Assembly: GCF_002863865.1 (NCBI RefSeq)
Contig: NZ_CP022684.1
Location: forward strand, 766,931-798,930
Direction: 5' to 3'
Source of the DNA: Ketobacter alkanivorans
Lineage (GTDB): Bacteria > Pseudomonadota > Gammaproteobacteria > Pseudomonadales > Ketobacteraceae
Length of the DNA stretch: 32,000 bases
Of the stretch, positions 17,299-26,159 are shown one piece after another. Positions within the stretch are counted from its first letter, which is position 1, and every line of letters starts with the position of its first letter. The translations under genes were made by a program, and so were the position numbers. A model generated the notes under the pieces. It saw only the letters and a list, made by a program, of their open reading frames with translations. It was not told the origin of the DNA and searched no databases.

Positions 17299-17334
17299 TC
17301 CAATGAATAACTTCAGCTTCTGTCACGCATGCGT

Positions 17335-17577
17335 CTATTCGGGAAGAAACTCCATCAAAGCCTGCTGATCGAATGGCCAAGCCAACTCAGAATCATCTTT
17401 AACCCGTTTGATCAGCGGGATACAGGTTCCATAGCGATCAATCAATTCGTCATGATCAGCGATATCGACCTCCTCCACCAGAAAGTAATCAGGGCTCAGA
17501 GTAGATTGATATACCTGGCGGGCGACATCACACAAATGACAACCCGCCGTTGTATAGAAGATCAAAGATTCTTTCAT
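17335..17577 (-). CDS. Glutaredoxin-like (thioredoxin-fold, DUF836-type) small protein
   Basis: 80 aa, with FYTTAGCHLCDVA (CxxC after beta1) and ...TCIPLI... Its start lies 12 nt downstream of the stop of the large membrane protein gene on the same strand. Confidence 0.8.
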   Translation of the reverse strand: MKESLIFYTTAGCHLCDVARQVYQSTLSPDYFLVEEVDIADHDELIDRYGTCIPLIKRVKDDSELAWPFDQQALMEFLPE

Positions 17578-17589
17578 GCTAATAATGTT

Positions 17590-20500
17590 TCACTTTTCAG
17601 TTGAACTTTCCAACACCACTCCAGAACGCCAGTAACCATCTTGGGTAAACGCTGCCCATGCCCATTTTAACCAACGCAACATAGACACCACCAACCACAA
17701 CGACCACACCAGCATGAACGCCCGATACACCCATAATGGTAACGATATAAACCAGGCACTCTGCAACACAGATTCGCCTCGATCTACGAACCAGTTCAGA
17801 TCATACTGGCTGGAACCATTGCCCACCACACCCATATCAGGGCTACCAATTAAACCATTGGGAATAGCAGCCAGTAATAATGCAAAGGCAACCAGGCTAA
17901 ACAAAACAATCACCACCTGCAGCAAATTAAACTGAGTACGATTCAGTTTCTTCACCCAGGGCGCTTGTCGTTGCTGCAACAACAAAAACCACAGCACCAC
18001 GACCACGATGGTCTCCACCCAACCTGCACACAACCCCACCATCAGCAGAATCCAGTGTGTGCTTTTTAAAGGCAATGCCTCCACACGCCCCAATGCAAAG
18101 CCCACTACAACCAGTACAATCAATACCCCCCAGAACAGTATCGCAGGCCCCATATCCGGGCCACCCACAAACAACACCCATCGGTTACGGGGTACTTTTA
18201 CCTGCAATAAATGGTTTACGTAAGCGTCTTCGATGCTAACCACAGGCGACTGACTTTTAAAACCGGATGGACTGGGTTGACGCCAGCTCACCTCAATCCA
18301 ATGTTCTCCTGGGTTAACTGGAATAATCAGCTTGGGGTTCAACTCATCCACCGCCCGCAGCTCGTTATCCACCGAAACAGACTTCACCCTGGCTTCCGCT
18401 GGCAGCTCAATACGCTGCTCTGCCCCCTTGCTGGAAAGCACGTGCAAGCGCAAATTACCACTGGACTCCCGCAAACCCGGTTCCCATTCCTGCATGACCT
18501 GATCTATGGTTTTGGTGGCCCCCACCAAGGCCTCCGGACGTGAAATGGCAAGGGTCAAAGATTCTCCGGGATAAGGCTGCCAACGAGGTCGCCAACCACC
18601 GTCCAAGGTGCCATCTTTCACTGGGGCCAAGCCTTCGGCCTGCATGCGCCACAGAGGCGACACTTCCACCTGCCAGAGCTCTGCCCAACTAGCCGTATTC
18701 GCAGCCTGCAGAGTCAGCAGTGAAGTTTTTTCCAAAGCGGAAAACCACACCAACTGCTTCTGACCCGGTTTTAATACGGCCTTGGCCATTCCCTCTGCCA
18801 CTTCCAAATCCTGACTGGTAACAGACTCACCCTCAATCAATGGTATATCCAAGCTGATACCACCATCCTCTGGAGCAACCCGTTTGACTCGGGTTTCCAT
18901 ATACCAATTGCGCCCCAAACGCAGGATGCGCTCAACACTGACAAACGCCGCTATTGGGTCTGGATTTAACTGCACTTCCTCCAGCGCTATTTGCTGTCGT
19001 AAGGCATTCACCGGTTGAAAGTGCAACGTATTCGAAAGCAGACGGCCGCTATCCAATCCCCGCACGGTAAAATCATCACTGACTACCTGCAAGTTATGAG
19101 GTTGCACCCCAAAGGTAAGCTGGAAAGGCATGATCGAATCCAACGTTCCGGAGAGGGTAAGTTGATGTGCCCCATGAGGGACAAACAATTCGAGCTGGGC
19201 TGAATTGAGGGCTGAACCGGTAGCGGATTTGCGCGCATAATGAGGCTCCCCATCCAATAGCACGCTATCGACTCGCCATTGTTTCTGGCTATCGGGCAGC
19301 GGCCAATAAACCTCCCGCTGCGCATTCAACGTCAAGCGAATCGTTACTCGGTTCGACTGAATATCAATGCGAGACTTCACAATTGACAAACAGGCAGGCG
19401 TACAATTTTGTTCCTGTAATTGCCTGCTGGCCAATTCATCCAGCATTTCATTATCAGGGAATTCAGCCTTCGCATCCCGCGCAACCGGCATCATCGCCAT
19501 CAAAGCAAAAATCATAATGCCCAACTTGCCAAAGGTTGCTCCCGTTGGAGGCCAACGCCCTTTAATCTGTGACAACCCAAGCAACGCTGCCAGCAATAAC
19601 ACCGTCAACACAACCCTGGCCCAACTCAAGATTCTGTTTTCATAGGGTTCAAGCAGCCACAGGGTGACGGTCTCATCCGAGGTTACCGGGCCAGACCACT
19701 GTAAAAATGTACGCTGCCACGCCCAGTTGGGTAACCCAGGCCCGGTCTGCGCGGCAAGCCCCGGATCATGCTGATCCAGCCGCTCAGATGCGCCATAGGA
19801 GGAGTACATTCTAGGTGGACTGGCTTTTGCTGCAGCAGGCATACTGGCGAAACTGACATCCATCTCCCTGTTACGTTGCGATTCTGGTGAACCGGAAACG
19901 GGCTGAGCGCCCATTTGGATCCAGGGTTGCTGCAACTGCGGATACATACCAAGCCGGGCTTGCTCAACCATAAAACCCAACATCCACAACACCAATGCCA
20001 GCGCCGCAGCGCCGCCATAAAACTTAAGTACACGCTGCAACCTGCCTGCGGGCAATAACAGCAGCAACGTCATAACAACAATCACGTTTAATAACAAATA
20101 CAGGAACACAGTGGCCTCAGGATAAATTAATACCAACGCCACGCCAGTGATGAGCGCAGCCCAGGCACCTCTAAGTCGCAAAATTGCGGCTATAGTAATC
20201 AGCACAATAAATACATCCCACACGCTCCAGCTATCCAACCATGTGTTACTGGAACGCTCCATGCCGGTTGCCATCAACACTCGCCACCCCGGCGGCAAAT
20301 GCAAGGTAGCGCGCAAGCTGTCAACGTCATGCAACCACCCCACAGCAGGTAACTTGTGCTTATGGGTTCCTTGCTTCAATGTCTGGCGGCTCAGCGCTTC
20401 AGCCTGTAACTGACGATCACGCACCTCCACCCCTTGCAGCCCATCACTTATGGTAATCACCTGAGGACCACCATTGAGGCTGAGGCTGCCAAGTTGCAAG

Positions 20501-21657
20501 CGAGGATCCACATTGACACGCCAGCCCCTGTTCATTGAACCCCGGATTCTGTCTTGCAGAGTTATCCCTGCACCGTCAAAGTCCAGCCACAGATCACGCT
20601 CAACATTGAGCTGATTGGGAGACGGCTGTGGATCACCTCGTCGTAGCTCAACCAGGTTCAGCGCCTGCCCCTGTCGCACATGATACGCAGGCCATTGCCG
20701 CCAAGCCTCCGGCAAAGCGGTTTGAGCGGGGTCGATACTGTCTGCTCCCTCAACCCTGACCTGCCTTAAAGCCGGACGCGCCTCAAACACCCACACTTCC
20801 TCTTCTGGCCAGAAACCCTCGTCGCTGGTTTCCAAAAACACTTTTGCCACCGGGACATTTTGATGTGCCTGCAATCGAACCTGCCATTGCCCAGGGCGAA
20901 GCTGTATCCGTAAGCGCCCACCCTGATCCACACGGGCAGGCAGGGGGCTGTTCAATAAACGGGGTGTAAACTGATCAAACAACAACTTCCCCAGCGTCAC
21001 TTCACGTGATTTTCCAGAGACCTCCAGATCAACCCGCGTCTCTATCACAAAGGGAATATCGTCGGTTAGCTTTCGGTACACGCGTACCGTCAACTTATCT
21101 TCAGCCTGCGCTTCAACTTTAGCCGTTGTGGAAATTTCGCTGGCAAACCATAAGCGTCCGTCATCATCTACATTAGGCCGGTTGATGACAGCTCCATTAA
21201 TGGTTAGCTGTATCAACGCAATGTTTGGAGGTAACAAAACCGATTCAGGGATTCGCTGCCATGGAATAAAACCCACGATATGATGACTGCCTTTTGCCAA
21301 CCTAAGAACCGGGGTTTCACCTTGCTCGAATACCAGGCCCTCCACCCCATTGACCAACACAGATTCCGGCCAATAGCGATCGCCTCCAGGCAGAGACACC
21401 AACCCTTTCGCAAAGAGTTGCCATTGCTGCTCAAACTGCAGCCCCTCTTCGGTAACCCGCAATTGCAGAGTTCCCGGCCACTGACATTGGCGGCGCTCAA
21501 AAGTGGAATATAAGAAAGGACACTGAATATCGGAGTGATTACGCAACGACCATTCTTGCCAAGGCACTAAAGGCGAAGGCACAGAAAAATCAGCGGCAGC
21601 CAGCCGGGGCATCAGGCAACACACAAAACCGATCCACAACAGACCACGCCAAAGCAT
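17590..21657 (-). CDS. Very large (about 1355 aa) polytopic membrane protein of unknown function, internally duplicated
   Basis: Uninterrupted 4-kb ORF. I prefer ATG 21657 (MLWRGLLWIGFVCCLMPRLAAA, signal-like) over TTG 21675. It has two modules, each a roughly 440-aa soluble domain followed by a cluster of TM helices. I recognised no family. Confidence 0.8.
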   Translation of the reverse strand: MLWRGLLWIGFVCCLMPRLAAADFSVPSPLVPWQEWSLRNHSDIQCPFLYSTFERRQCQWPGTLQLRVTEEGLQFEQQWQLFAKGLVSLPGGDRYWPESVLVNGVEGLVFEQGETPVLRLAKGSHHIVGFIPWQRIPESVLLPPNIALIQLTINGAVINRPNVDDDGRLWFASEISTTAKVEAQAEDKLTVRVYRKLTDDIPFVIETRVDLEVSGKSREVTLGKLLFDQFTPRLLNSPLPARVDQGGRLRIQLRPGQWQVRLQAHQNVPVAKVFLETSDEGFWPEEEVWVFEARPALRQVRVEGADSIDPAQTALPEAWRQWPAYHVRQGQALNLVELRRGDPQPSPNQLNVERDLWLDFDGAGITLQDRIRGSMNRGWRVNVDPRLQLGSLSLNGGPQVITISDGLQGVEVRDRQLQAEALSRQTLKQGTHKHKLPAVGWLHDVDSLRATLHLPPGWRVLMATGMERSSNTWLDSWSVWDVFIVLITIAAILRLRGAWAALITGVALVLIYPEATVFLYLLLNVIVVMTLLLLLPAGRLQRVLKFYGGAAALALVLWMLGFMVEQARLGMYPQLQQPWIQMGAQPVSGSPESQRNREMDVSFASMPAAAKASPPRMYSSYGASERLDQHDPGLAAQTGPGLPNWAWQRTFLQWSGPVTSDETVTLWLLEPYENRILSWARVVLTVLLLAALLGLSQIKGRWPPTGATFGKLGIMIFALMAMMPVARDAKAEFPDNEMLDELASRQLQEQNCTPACLSIVKSRIDIQSNRVTIRLTLNAQREVYWPLPDSQKQWRVDSVLLDGEPHYARKSATGSALNSAQLELFVPHGAHQLTLSGTLDSIMPFQLTFGVQPHNLQVVSDDFTVRGLDSGRLLSNTLHFQPVNALRQQIALEEVQLNPDPIAAFVSVERILRLGRNWYMETRVKRVAPEDGGISLDIPLIEGESVTSQDLEVAEGMAKAVLKPGQKQLVWFSALEKTSLLTLQAANTASWAELWQVEVSPLWRMQAEGLAPVKDGTLDGGWRPRWQPYPGESLTLAISRPEALVGATKTIDQVMQEWEPGLRESSGNLRLHVLSSKGAEQRIELPAEARVKSVSVDNELRAVDELNPKLIIPVNPGEHWIEVSWRQPSPSGFKSQSPVVSIEDAYVNHLLQVKVPRNRWVLFVGGPDMGPAILFWGVLIVLVVVGFALGRVEALPLKSTHWILLMVGLCAGWVETIVVVVLWFLLLQQRQAPWVKKLNRTQFNLLQVVIVLFSLVAFALLLAAIPNGLIGSPDMGVVGNGSSQYDLNWFVDRGESVLQSAWFISLPLWVYRAFMLVWSLWLVVSMLRWLKWAWAAFTQDGYWRSGVVLESSTEK

Positions 21658-21801
21658 TTGCAACTCCCCAATCAAAGCAACGATTTATTAAATATGAATA
21701 TTAAAGCATGCATGTGAGCGCCCTGAGCGGAACTCACTCTTCAGAATAAACAGATTAGGCGGGCAGAAAAACCCAAAGTTGAAGTATTTTTGAACCGGTT
21801 C

Positions 21802-22995
21802 TCAGGCCAGGGCTTCTACAAACTCCCTGAACGCTGCCCCGGTACCCTGGTTGGTTTCAGCATCAGAGTGAAAGCGGCTGATTAACTCACGCAATAGATC
21901 CTGGGTATTGATACGACCACCGTCGATGGACTTCACGGCCTCGCCAGCCTCTCGAGTCTGGTTGGCAAACGCCCCCAGTCTGGGCATCGCATCACTAAAA
22001 CCGCTACCCTCGCGGCCAGCCATATTGTCAATGGCCACATAGGTGTCCCTGACTGCCACCACTTGAGATTGTTTAATATCCACCGCAAAAGCTGCCAATT
22101 CGCTGGTATCCATGCCGACACTCATGGCCTGATCGAAGGCCTGCTCAACATTGCCTCCAAAGAAGGTCTCCGCCACCCCATTCACCTGTTGAAACAGATC
22201 TTTCAGAGCGGAAATCTCACCCTCATCCAGTTCACCTTCCACTGAAAAAGACAAATTGTCGTAACTCGAAAAACCAACGCTAAAACCATCCACCTGCACA
22301 TCTTCTGCTTGCAGGTTATATTGACTGGCATAGCCACTTTGCCCTGAGTTCACCAACAGTTTAATGGTGTCGCCATCCTGGGTAACAACCTCCATCTCAA
22401 AGCTACGGTCACGCTGAAACGCAACCTCACTGTTCTTGTAAGATGTCGCTGCTACCGGCTGAGGGTCAATCTCCTGACCGAACAACTCCTCACCCAATGC
22501 CTCCAGCCCATCAGCCAGTTTTGTCACAGTAGAATAAAAATTATCTCGCACCTCACCCTGAAACAGGCCATTCGTTTGAATAATGTCTTTTGCTTCCCGC
22601 AGCCCCTTTTTGATACCGCTTAATGCCTGCTGATACAGATCCTGAAGCTTTTCATCCGATGCTCCATTGGCCTTTTCAGCAGCCAGGCGATCCGTCACGA
22701 AACCGAGTATTCGATCAGACACGGCCTGCGGGGAAAAATCGGTCTCTGACTGAGTCCCGGGTACAGTAGACGAGTCTGCTCCTGGAATTTTGCTGGTGAC
22801 CGTGACCTGTAACTTTTCGTACGCCACCGCCAGGGTCTGCTCGATTGTGGAAGTACTGACTGTAGGCTGGATAGGTGCGCCCTGTTTAAGGTGTCCAGGC
22901 GCAGAATGGTGCCCCATGGCGTGATGCCGACCTCCATGATGGCCTTTGTCAGCACCAAAGAAATCGTTTTTAAACAGTGGGTTAAAGGAAAACAT
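21802..22995 (-). CDS. Hypothetical protein (397 aa), His/Gly-rich N-terminus, no Cys or Trp
   Basis: A strong SD (GGGAGAAGAGG) precedes the ATG. There is no signal peptide. From memory it vaguely resembles DUF5610-type proteins (low certainty). A sigma-28-type promoter lies upstream. Confidence 0.75.
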   Translation of the reverse strand: MFSFNPLFKNDFFGADKGHHGGRHHAMGHHSAPGHLKQGAPIQPTVSTSTIEQTLAVAYEKLQVTVTSKIPGADSSTVPGTQSETDFSPQAVSDRILGFVTDRLAAEKANGASDEKLQDLYQQALSGIKKGLREAKDIIQTNGLFQGEVRDNFYSTVTKLADGLEALGEELFGQEIDPQPVAATSYKNSEVAFQRDRSFEMEVVTQDGDTIKLLVNSGQSGYASQYNLQAEDVQVDGFSVGFSSYDNLSFSVEGELDEGEISALKDLFQQVNGVAETFFGGNVEQAFDQAMSVGMDTSELAAFAVDIKQSQVVAVRDTYVAIDNMAGREGSGFSDAMPRLGAFANQTREAGEAVKSIDGGRINTQDLLRELISRFHSDAETNQGTGAAFREFVEALA

Positions 22996-23076
22996 GGCCT
23001 CTTCTCCCGTGCCTCGCCAGCACAGTGATGATCAAACGTACGAGCCCTGACATCGAAACAAGCACCCAATACTTCT

Positions 23077-23103
23077 ATATCGGCCTGCACCAAAGAACCT
23101 TTA
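23077..23103 (-). promoter_or_regulatory. Sigma-28 (FliA)-type promoter TAAA-N15-GCCGATAT
   Basis: The minus strand reads TAAAGGTTCTTTGGTGCAGGCCGATAT, against the consensus TAAA-N15-GCCGATAA. It is intergenic, correctly oriented, and about 80 nt upstream of the ATG at 22995. Confidence 0.65.
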
Positions 23104-23216
23104 ACTAAAAAATACTGACCATAATTCAAGGTGTTAAGAGAAAACTAACTGTGCACGTCCGTAATTCATGGGCCATACTCAATGTTGAGGAAATCCATAT
23201 AGGCAAAAAGCACAAC

Positions 23217-24467
23217 ATGTCCACCGAGTTTTTGATCGCAATTCAGGCCTTTTTAGCAATAATCACCGCCATGGTGATCCTGCTGCTGATCATTCGCCGA
23301 CAGAAGAAAACCATCAATCAACTGAAAGACATCCTGACCACGATTAAGGAAGACATCAGCGGCGAAAACCTGACCGGATATTTTCAGACTGAAATCGATA
23401 ACACCACCGCCCACTGCGCGCAGGAAACCATTGCACTGCGCCCGGATCTGCCTCCTGATGACATGGCAATATCCATCCGATATTTAGTGCTGCAAGCCGA
23501 ACTTTCGCTTATTCAGGATCATGTGGGCGCAACCAACACACCGTGGCGAGAGCAAATCAAAAATTACATTCACCTTGCGGAAAAAATCACCGACTTGATC
23601 AAGGCAAGAGTGGACAATGCCACCAAAACGCTCAACGAATCCCACAACGAAGAAATATCCACCAAAGATGAAGTCATAGCCAAACTTGAGTCTGAAAAAC
23701 AGGACAGCCTTGAACAACTGAACAACCTAAAACCATTAGTCTCATGCTTGGAATCCGCAGCGCAAAGCGACATGCAACGCAACGATCTGGAGCTTCAGTT
23801 ACATAAAGCGCTACTGAGTATCTGTGAGAACTTCAGCAACAGCGAGAACCTGCGGGAGCTGGTGTACCTTTTACATGAAGCCTACCACGAGTCGAGCGGA
23901 ACCACCGATGGGCAAGCATCACCAGCTACCAACGGACAAACTGGCGGCTTTGCGCAAGAACAAAACATCAACATGCTCAACAACATTATCGATCAGCAGA
24001 ATGCGACCATAAAATCGCTGAGAGAGCTGATCGCCTCCATGGAAGAAGGTGCAGACCGGGAGAGTCTCACGCATTCCGTTAATGATCTTGAGTCAGCGAT
24101 TCAACAAGGTGGGGAATGCCTGGACTCAATCATGAATGAAATGCAGTATGAACCAAGCGAAGTTATTCATGATGAGAAAGTGAATGAGGTTATAGAAACC
24201 TTTATCGAAGAAAGCGCAGTAATGGTCGAGAAAATCCATATGCTCAGCAACCAGAACAAGCAGCTGATGTTGGAAAACGACGAAATGCGAGCCGCATTGG
24301 AAGCCAGCACAGAAAGTGACGACCCTCTCGTAGTGGGTTTAAAAATGAAATTAGAAACCCAGAAAGAAGAAATGATTTCACTACAACAGAACTTCACCGA
24401 ACTGGAAGAACGTTATCTAGCCCTTTACGAAGAGCAAGGAGGCAACCAGGCACCGCCATTGCTGTAG
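23217..24467 (+). CDS. Membrane-anchored coiled-coil protein (416 aa), unknown function
   Basis: The N-terminal TM is FLIAIQAFLAIITAMVILLLII followed by RRQKK. The remainder is E/K/Q/L-rich with heptad-like repeats. I take the start at ATG 23217, since the GTG 23151 extension is unsupported. Confidence 0.7.
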   Translation: MSTEFLIAIQAFLAIITAMVILLLIIRRQKKTINQLKDILTTIKEDISGENLTGYFQTEIDNTTAHCAQETIALRPDLPPDDMAISIRYLVLQAELSLIQDHVGATNTPWREQIKNYIHLAEKITDLIKARVDNATKTLNESHNEEISTKDEVIAKLESEKQDSLEQLNNLKPLVSCLESAAQSDMQRNDLELQLHKALLSICENFSNSENLRELVYLLHEAYHESSGTTDGQASPATNGQTGGFAQEQNINMLNNIIDQQNATIKSLRELIASMEEGADRESLTHSVNDLESAIQQGGECLDSIMNEMQYEPSEVIHDEKVNEVIETFIEESAVMVEKIHMLSNQNKQLMLENDEMRAALEASTESDDPLVVGLKMKLETQKEEMISLQQNFTELEERYLALYEEQGGNQAPPLL

Positions 24468-24493
24468 AATAGCCAGCCGCGTCATCGATGTTA

Positions 24494-26092
24494 CTACTGT
24501 TTATTTTTATTCAAAAGGCTTGCTGCCACCTTGGAAATATTCTTTCTAAATGCAGGATCAATAAGTTCGCTCTGAACATAAACCTTGGCCAAGCTATCCT
24601 CAAGCTTTTTCAAATCCATATTAAGCCGAATACTGTTTGGATCGCCAGGCGCTATACCAAGGCTTTTGCGCATCTCCTGACCCAACATATTGATAATCTG
24701 ACTGGTTTTGCCTTTCTTCTTCTCAAGGTTCTGCTCAAAAGTACGAAACACTTCATTGCTGCGAATAATCAAGGCATCAACCTGCGATTTCTGCCGTAGA
24801 GCGGCACTCTCAGCCATGATTCCTTCATATCTGGCCTGAACACCTCGCATTAAGGTACCAAGGTTATCTTTCAATCGTGCGTAACGTTCTGCGTCCTCCT
24901 TGGGAGGGTTTTCAATAAGGATACAACAACTGTCTTCGAACAGCATGAGATGAGGTGATTCAACTGTTTTACCGCTTGAGATCTTACTGTGAAGCTGTGA
25001 CTTAAGGGACTCACTAGCGCCGGTTTCAGGAAAAAACACGTAGCTGTTTGCCTTCTTTATGCCAACAATAGGCTTAAGACCAAAGGTAGTAACGGATCTT
25101 ACCAGCTCAGCACCCAACTGCTCATGACTGATGCACCTGAAACTGGTAAGCATAAACAGCACCACAATGCCCAGGTCAGAATTGGCCATAAAAGCATTGT
25201 ATGCAGCGTCAGATGTGGATGTCAGCTCTCGTTCAAGTGACTCAATTTTCATCAACAGCGATTCCTGATCGGAATCCAGCACCATACTTCCAAGTGGATC
25301 TTCCTGATCCGATACATTAACCTCGCGCTCCCCTTCATAATGCCCCTTCCGCTGATTCGCATCGGAGGCAAGTCGCAGTTGCGCATTCTGTTCTTCCAAC
25401 GCGCTCTTTTCTCGCTTCAGAACAGCAATTCGTTCATCTCTGTCATCCAGGGAGCTCTTTAAACCAAAGCTATCTTCCTGAGCTTTTTTTAACGTTTTTT
25501 CCTGCTGATTGTACTTTTTTTCGAGATCCTGAAGCTGCTTCTCCAGCGAAGCCAGTATGTTCCTTTCTATCTGCGCTTTACTGCTATTTGCATCATATTC
25601 AGTGGAACGAGATGCCTGTTGATCACCACTCTCCGCCCCAGATTCCGACGCGAACAGCGTCATGGCTTCCTGCTTAAGCCGCTTATCCAAATCAAAAAAG
25701 AATGATCGGAAACGATCCGAATTGTTGAGTCGGTCTTTATATACATTCATAAGGGTATCGGGCCTCAACTCTCGGGCCTCAATATCCAGGGTCTGAACAA
25801 ATTTCTCATGGGTCAGGTAGGCTAACACCACCGGTTGAAGGCGGGCGCGCATTACACGCCAAAACCGATCCTCATAGGCATTAAACGGCAGGCATGAACG
25901 CTCAGCTTCCAGAAATATACAGCGCAGTGTAGCGACTTGCTGATCAATCGAACCCTCCGGGTCCAGCAGAGCCTCGTCACTCACACCGAGTTCAGCTAAC
26001 CGATCACGCGTAAACCCCAGAGCCAACTCGATAAACTCTTCGATGGTTCTTACGTCAGTAACAGATTGACTGCTCTGCTCCTTGTTGCTCAT
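24494..26092 (-). CDS. Hypothetical protein (532 aa) with a central coiled-coil
   Basis: Intact ORF beginning 67 nt downstream of the rlmL stop on the same strand. The central coiled-coil is LEKQLQDLEKKYNQQEKTLKK...LKREKSALEEQNAQL. I recognised no family. Confidence 0.7.
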   Translation of the reverse strand: MSNKEQSSQSVTDVRTIEEFIELALGFTRDRLAELGVSDEALLDPEGSIDQQVATLRCIFLEAERSCLPFNAYEDRFWRVMRARLQPVVLAYLTHEKFVQTLDIEARELRPDTLMNVYKDRLNNSDRFRSFFFDLDKRLKQEAMTLFASESGAESGDQQASRSTEYDANSSKAQIERNILASLEKQLQDLEKKYNQQEKTLKKAQEDSFGLKSSLDDRDERIAVLKREKSALEEQNAQLRLASDANQRKGHYEGEREVNVSDQEDPLGSMVLDSDQESLLMKIESLERELTSTSDAAYNAFMANSDLGIVVLFMLTSFRCISHEQLGAELVRSVTTFGLKPIVGIKKANSYVFFPETGASESLKSQLHSKISSGKTVESPHLMLFEDSCCILIENPPKEDAERYARLKDNLGTLMRGVQARYEGIMAESAALRQKSQVDALIIRSNEVFRTFEQNLEKKKGKTSQIINMLGQEMRKSLGIAPGDPNSIRLNMDLKKLEDSLAKVYVQSELIDPAFRKNISKVAASLLNKNKQ

Positions 26093-26159
26093 TCCTTCAC
26101 CTTAGCTCTTTACATATTTTCAGATTAGCAAAGAATTCAGGAATTTAACGCTGCAACGA

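Noticed and set aside
21707-21726. Sigma-54-like GG-N10-GC spacing (minus strand CAGGGCGCTCACATGCATGC) upstream of the giant membrane protein gene
   Set aside because: Only the GG and TGCA dinucleotide cores match. The rest of the TGGCAC-N5-TTGCA consensus is absent, and no enhancer-binding protein gene is nearby.
22695-23129. 144-aa minus-strand ORF spanning the start of the 397-aa gene and the sigma-28 promoter
   Set aside because: It is out of frame with the 397-aa gene, which has a strong SD, and it would begin upstream of the predicted promoter. Its sequence is low-complexity and Arg/Ser/Pro-rich.
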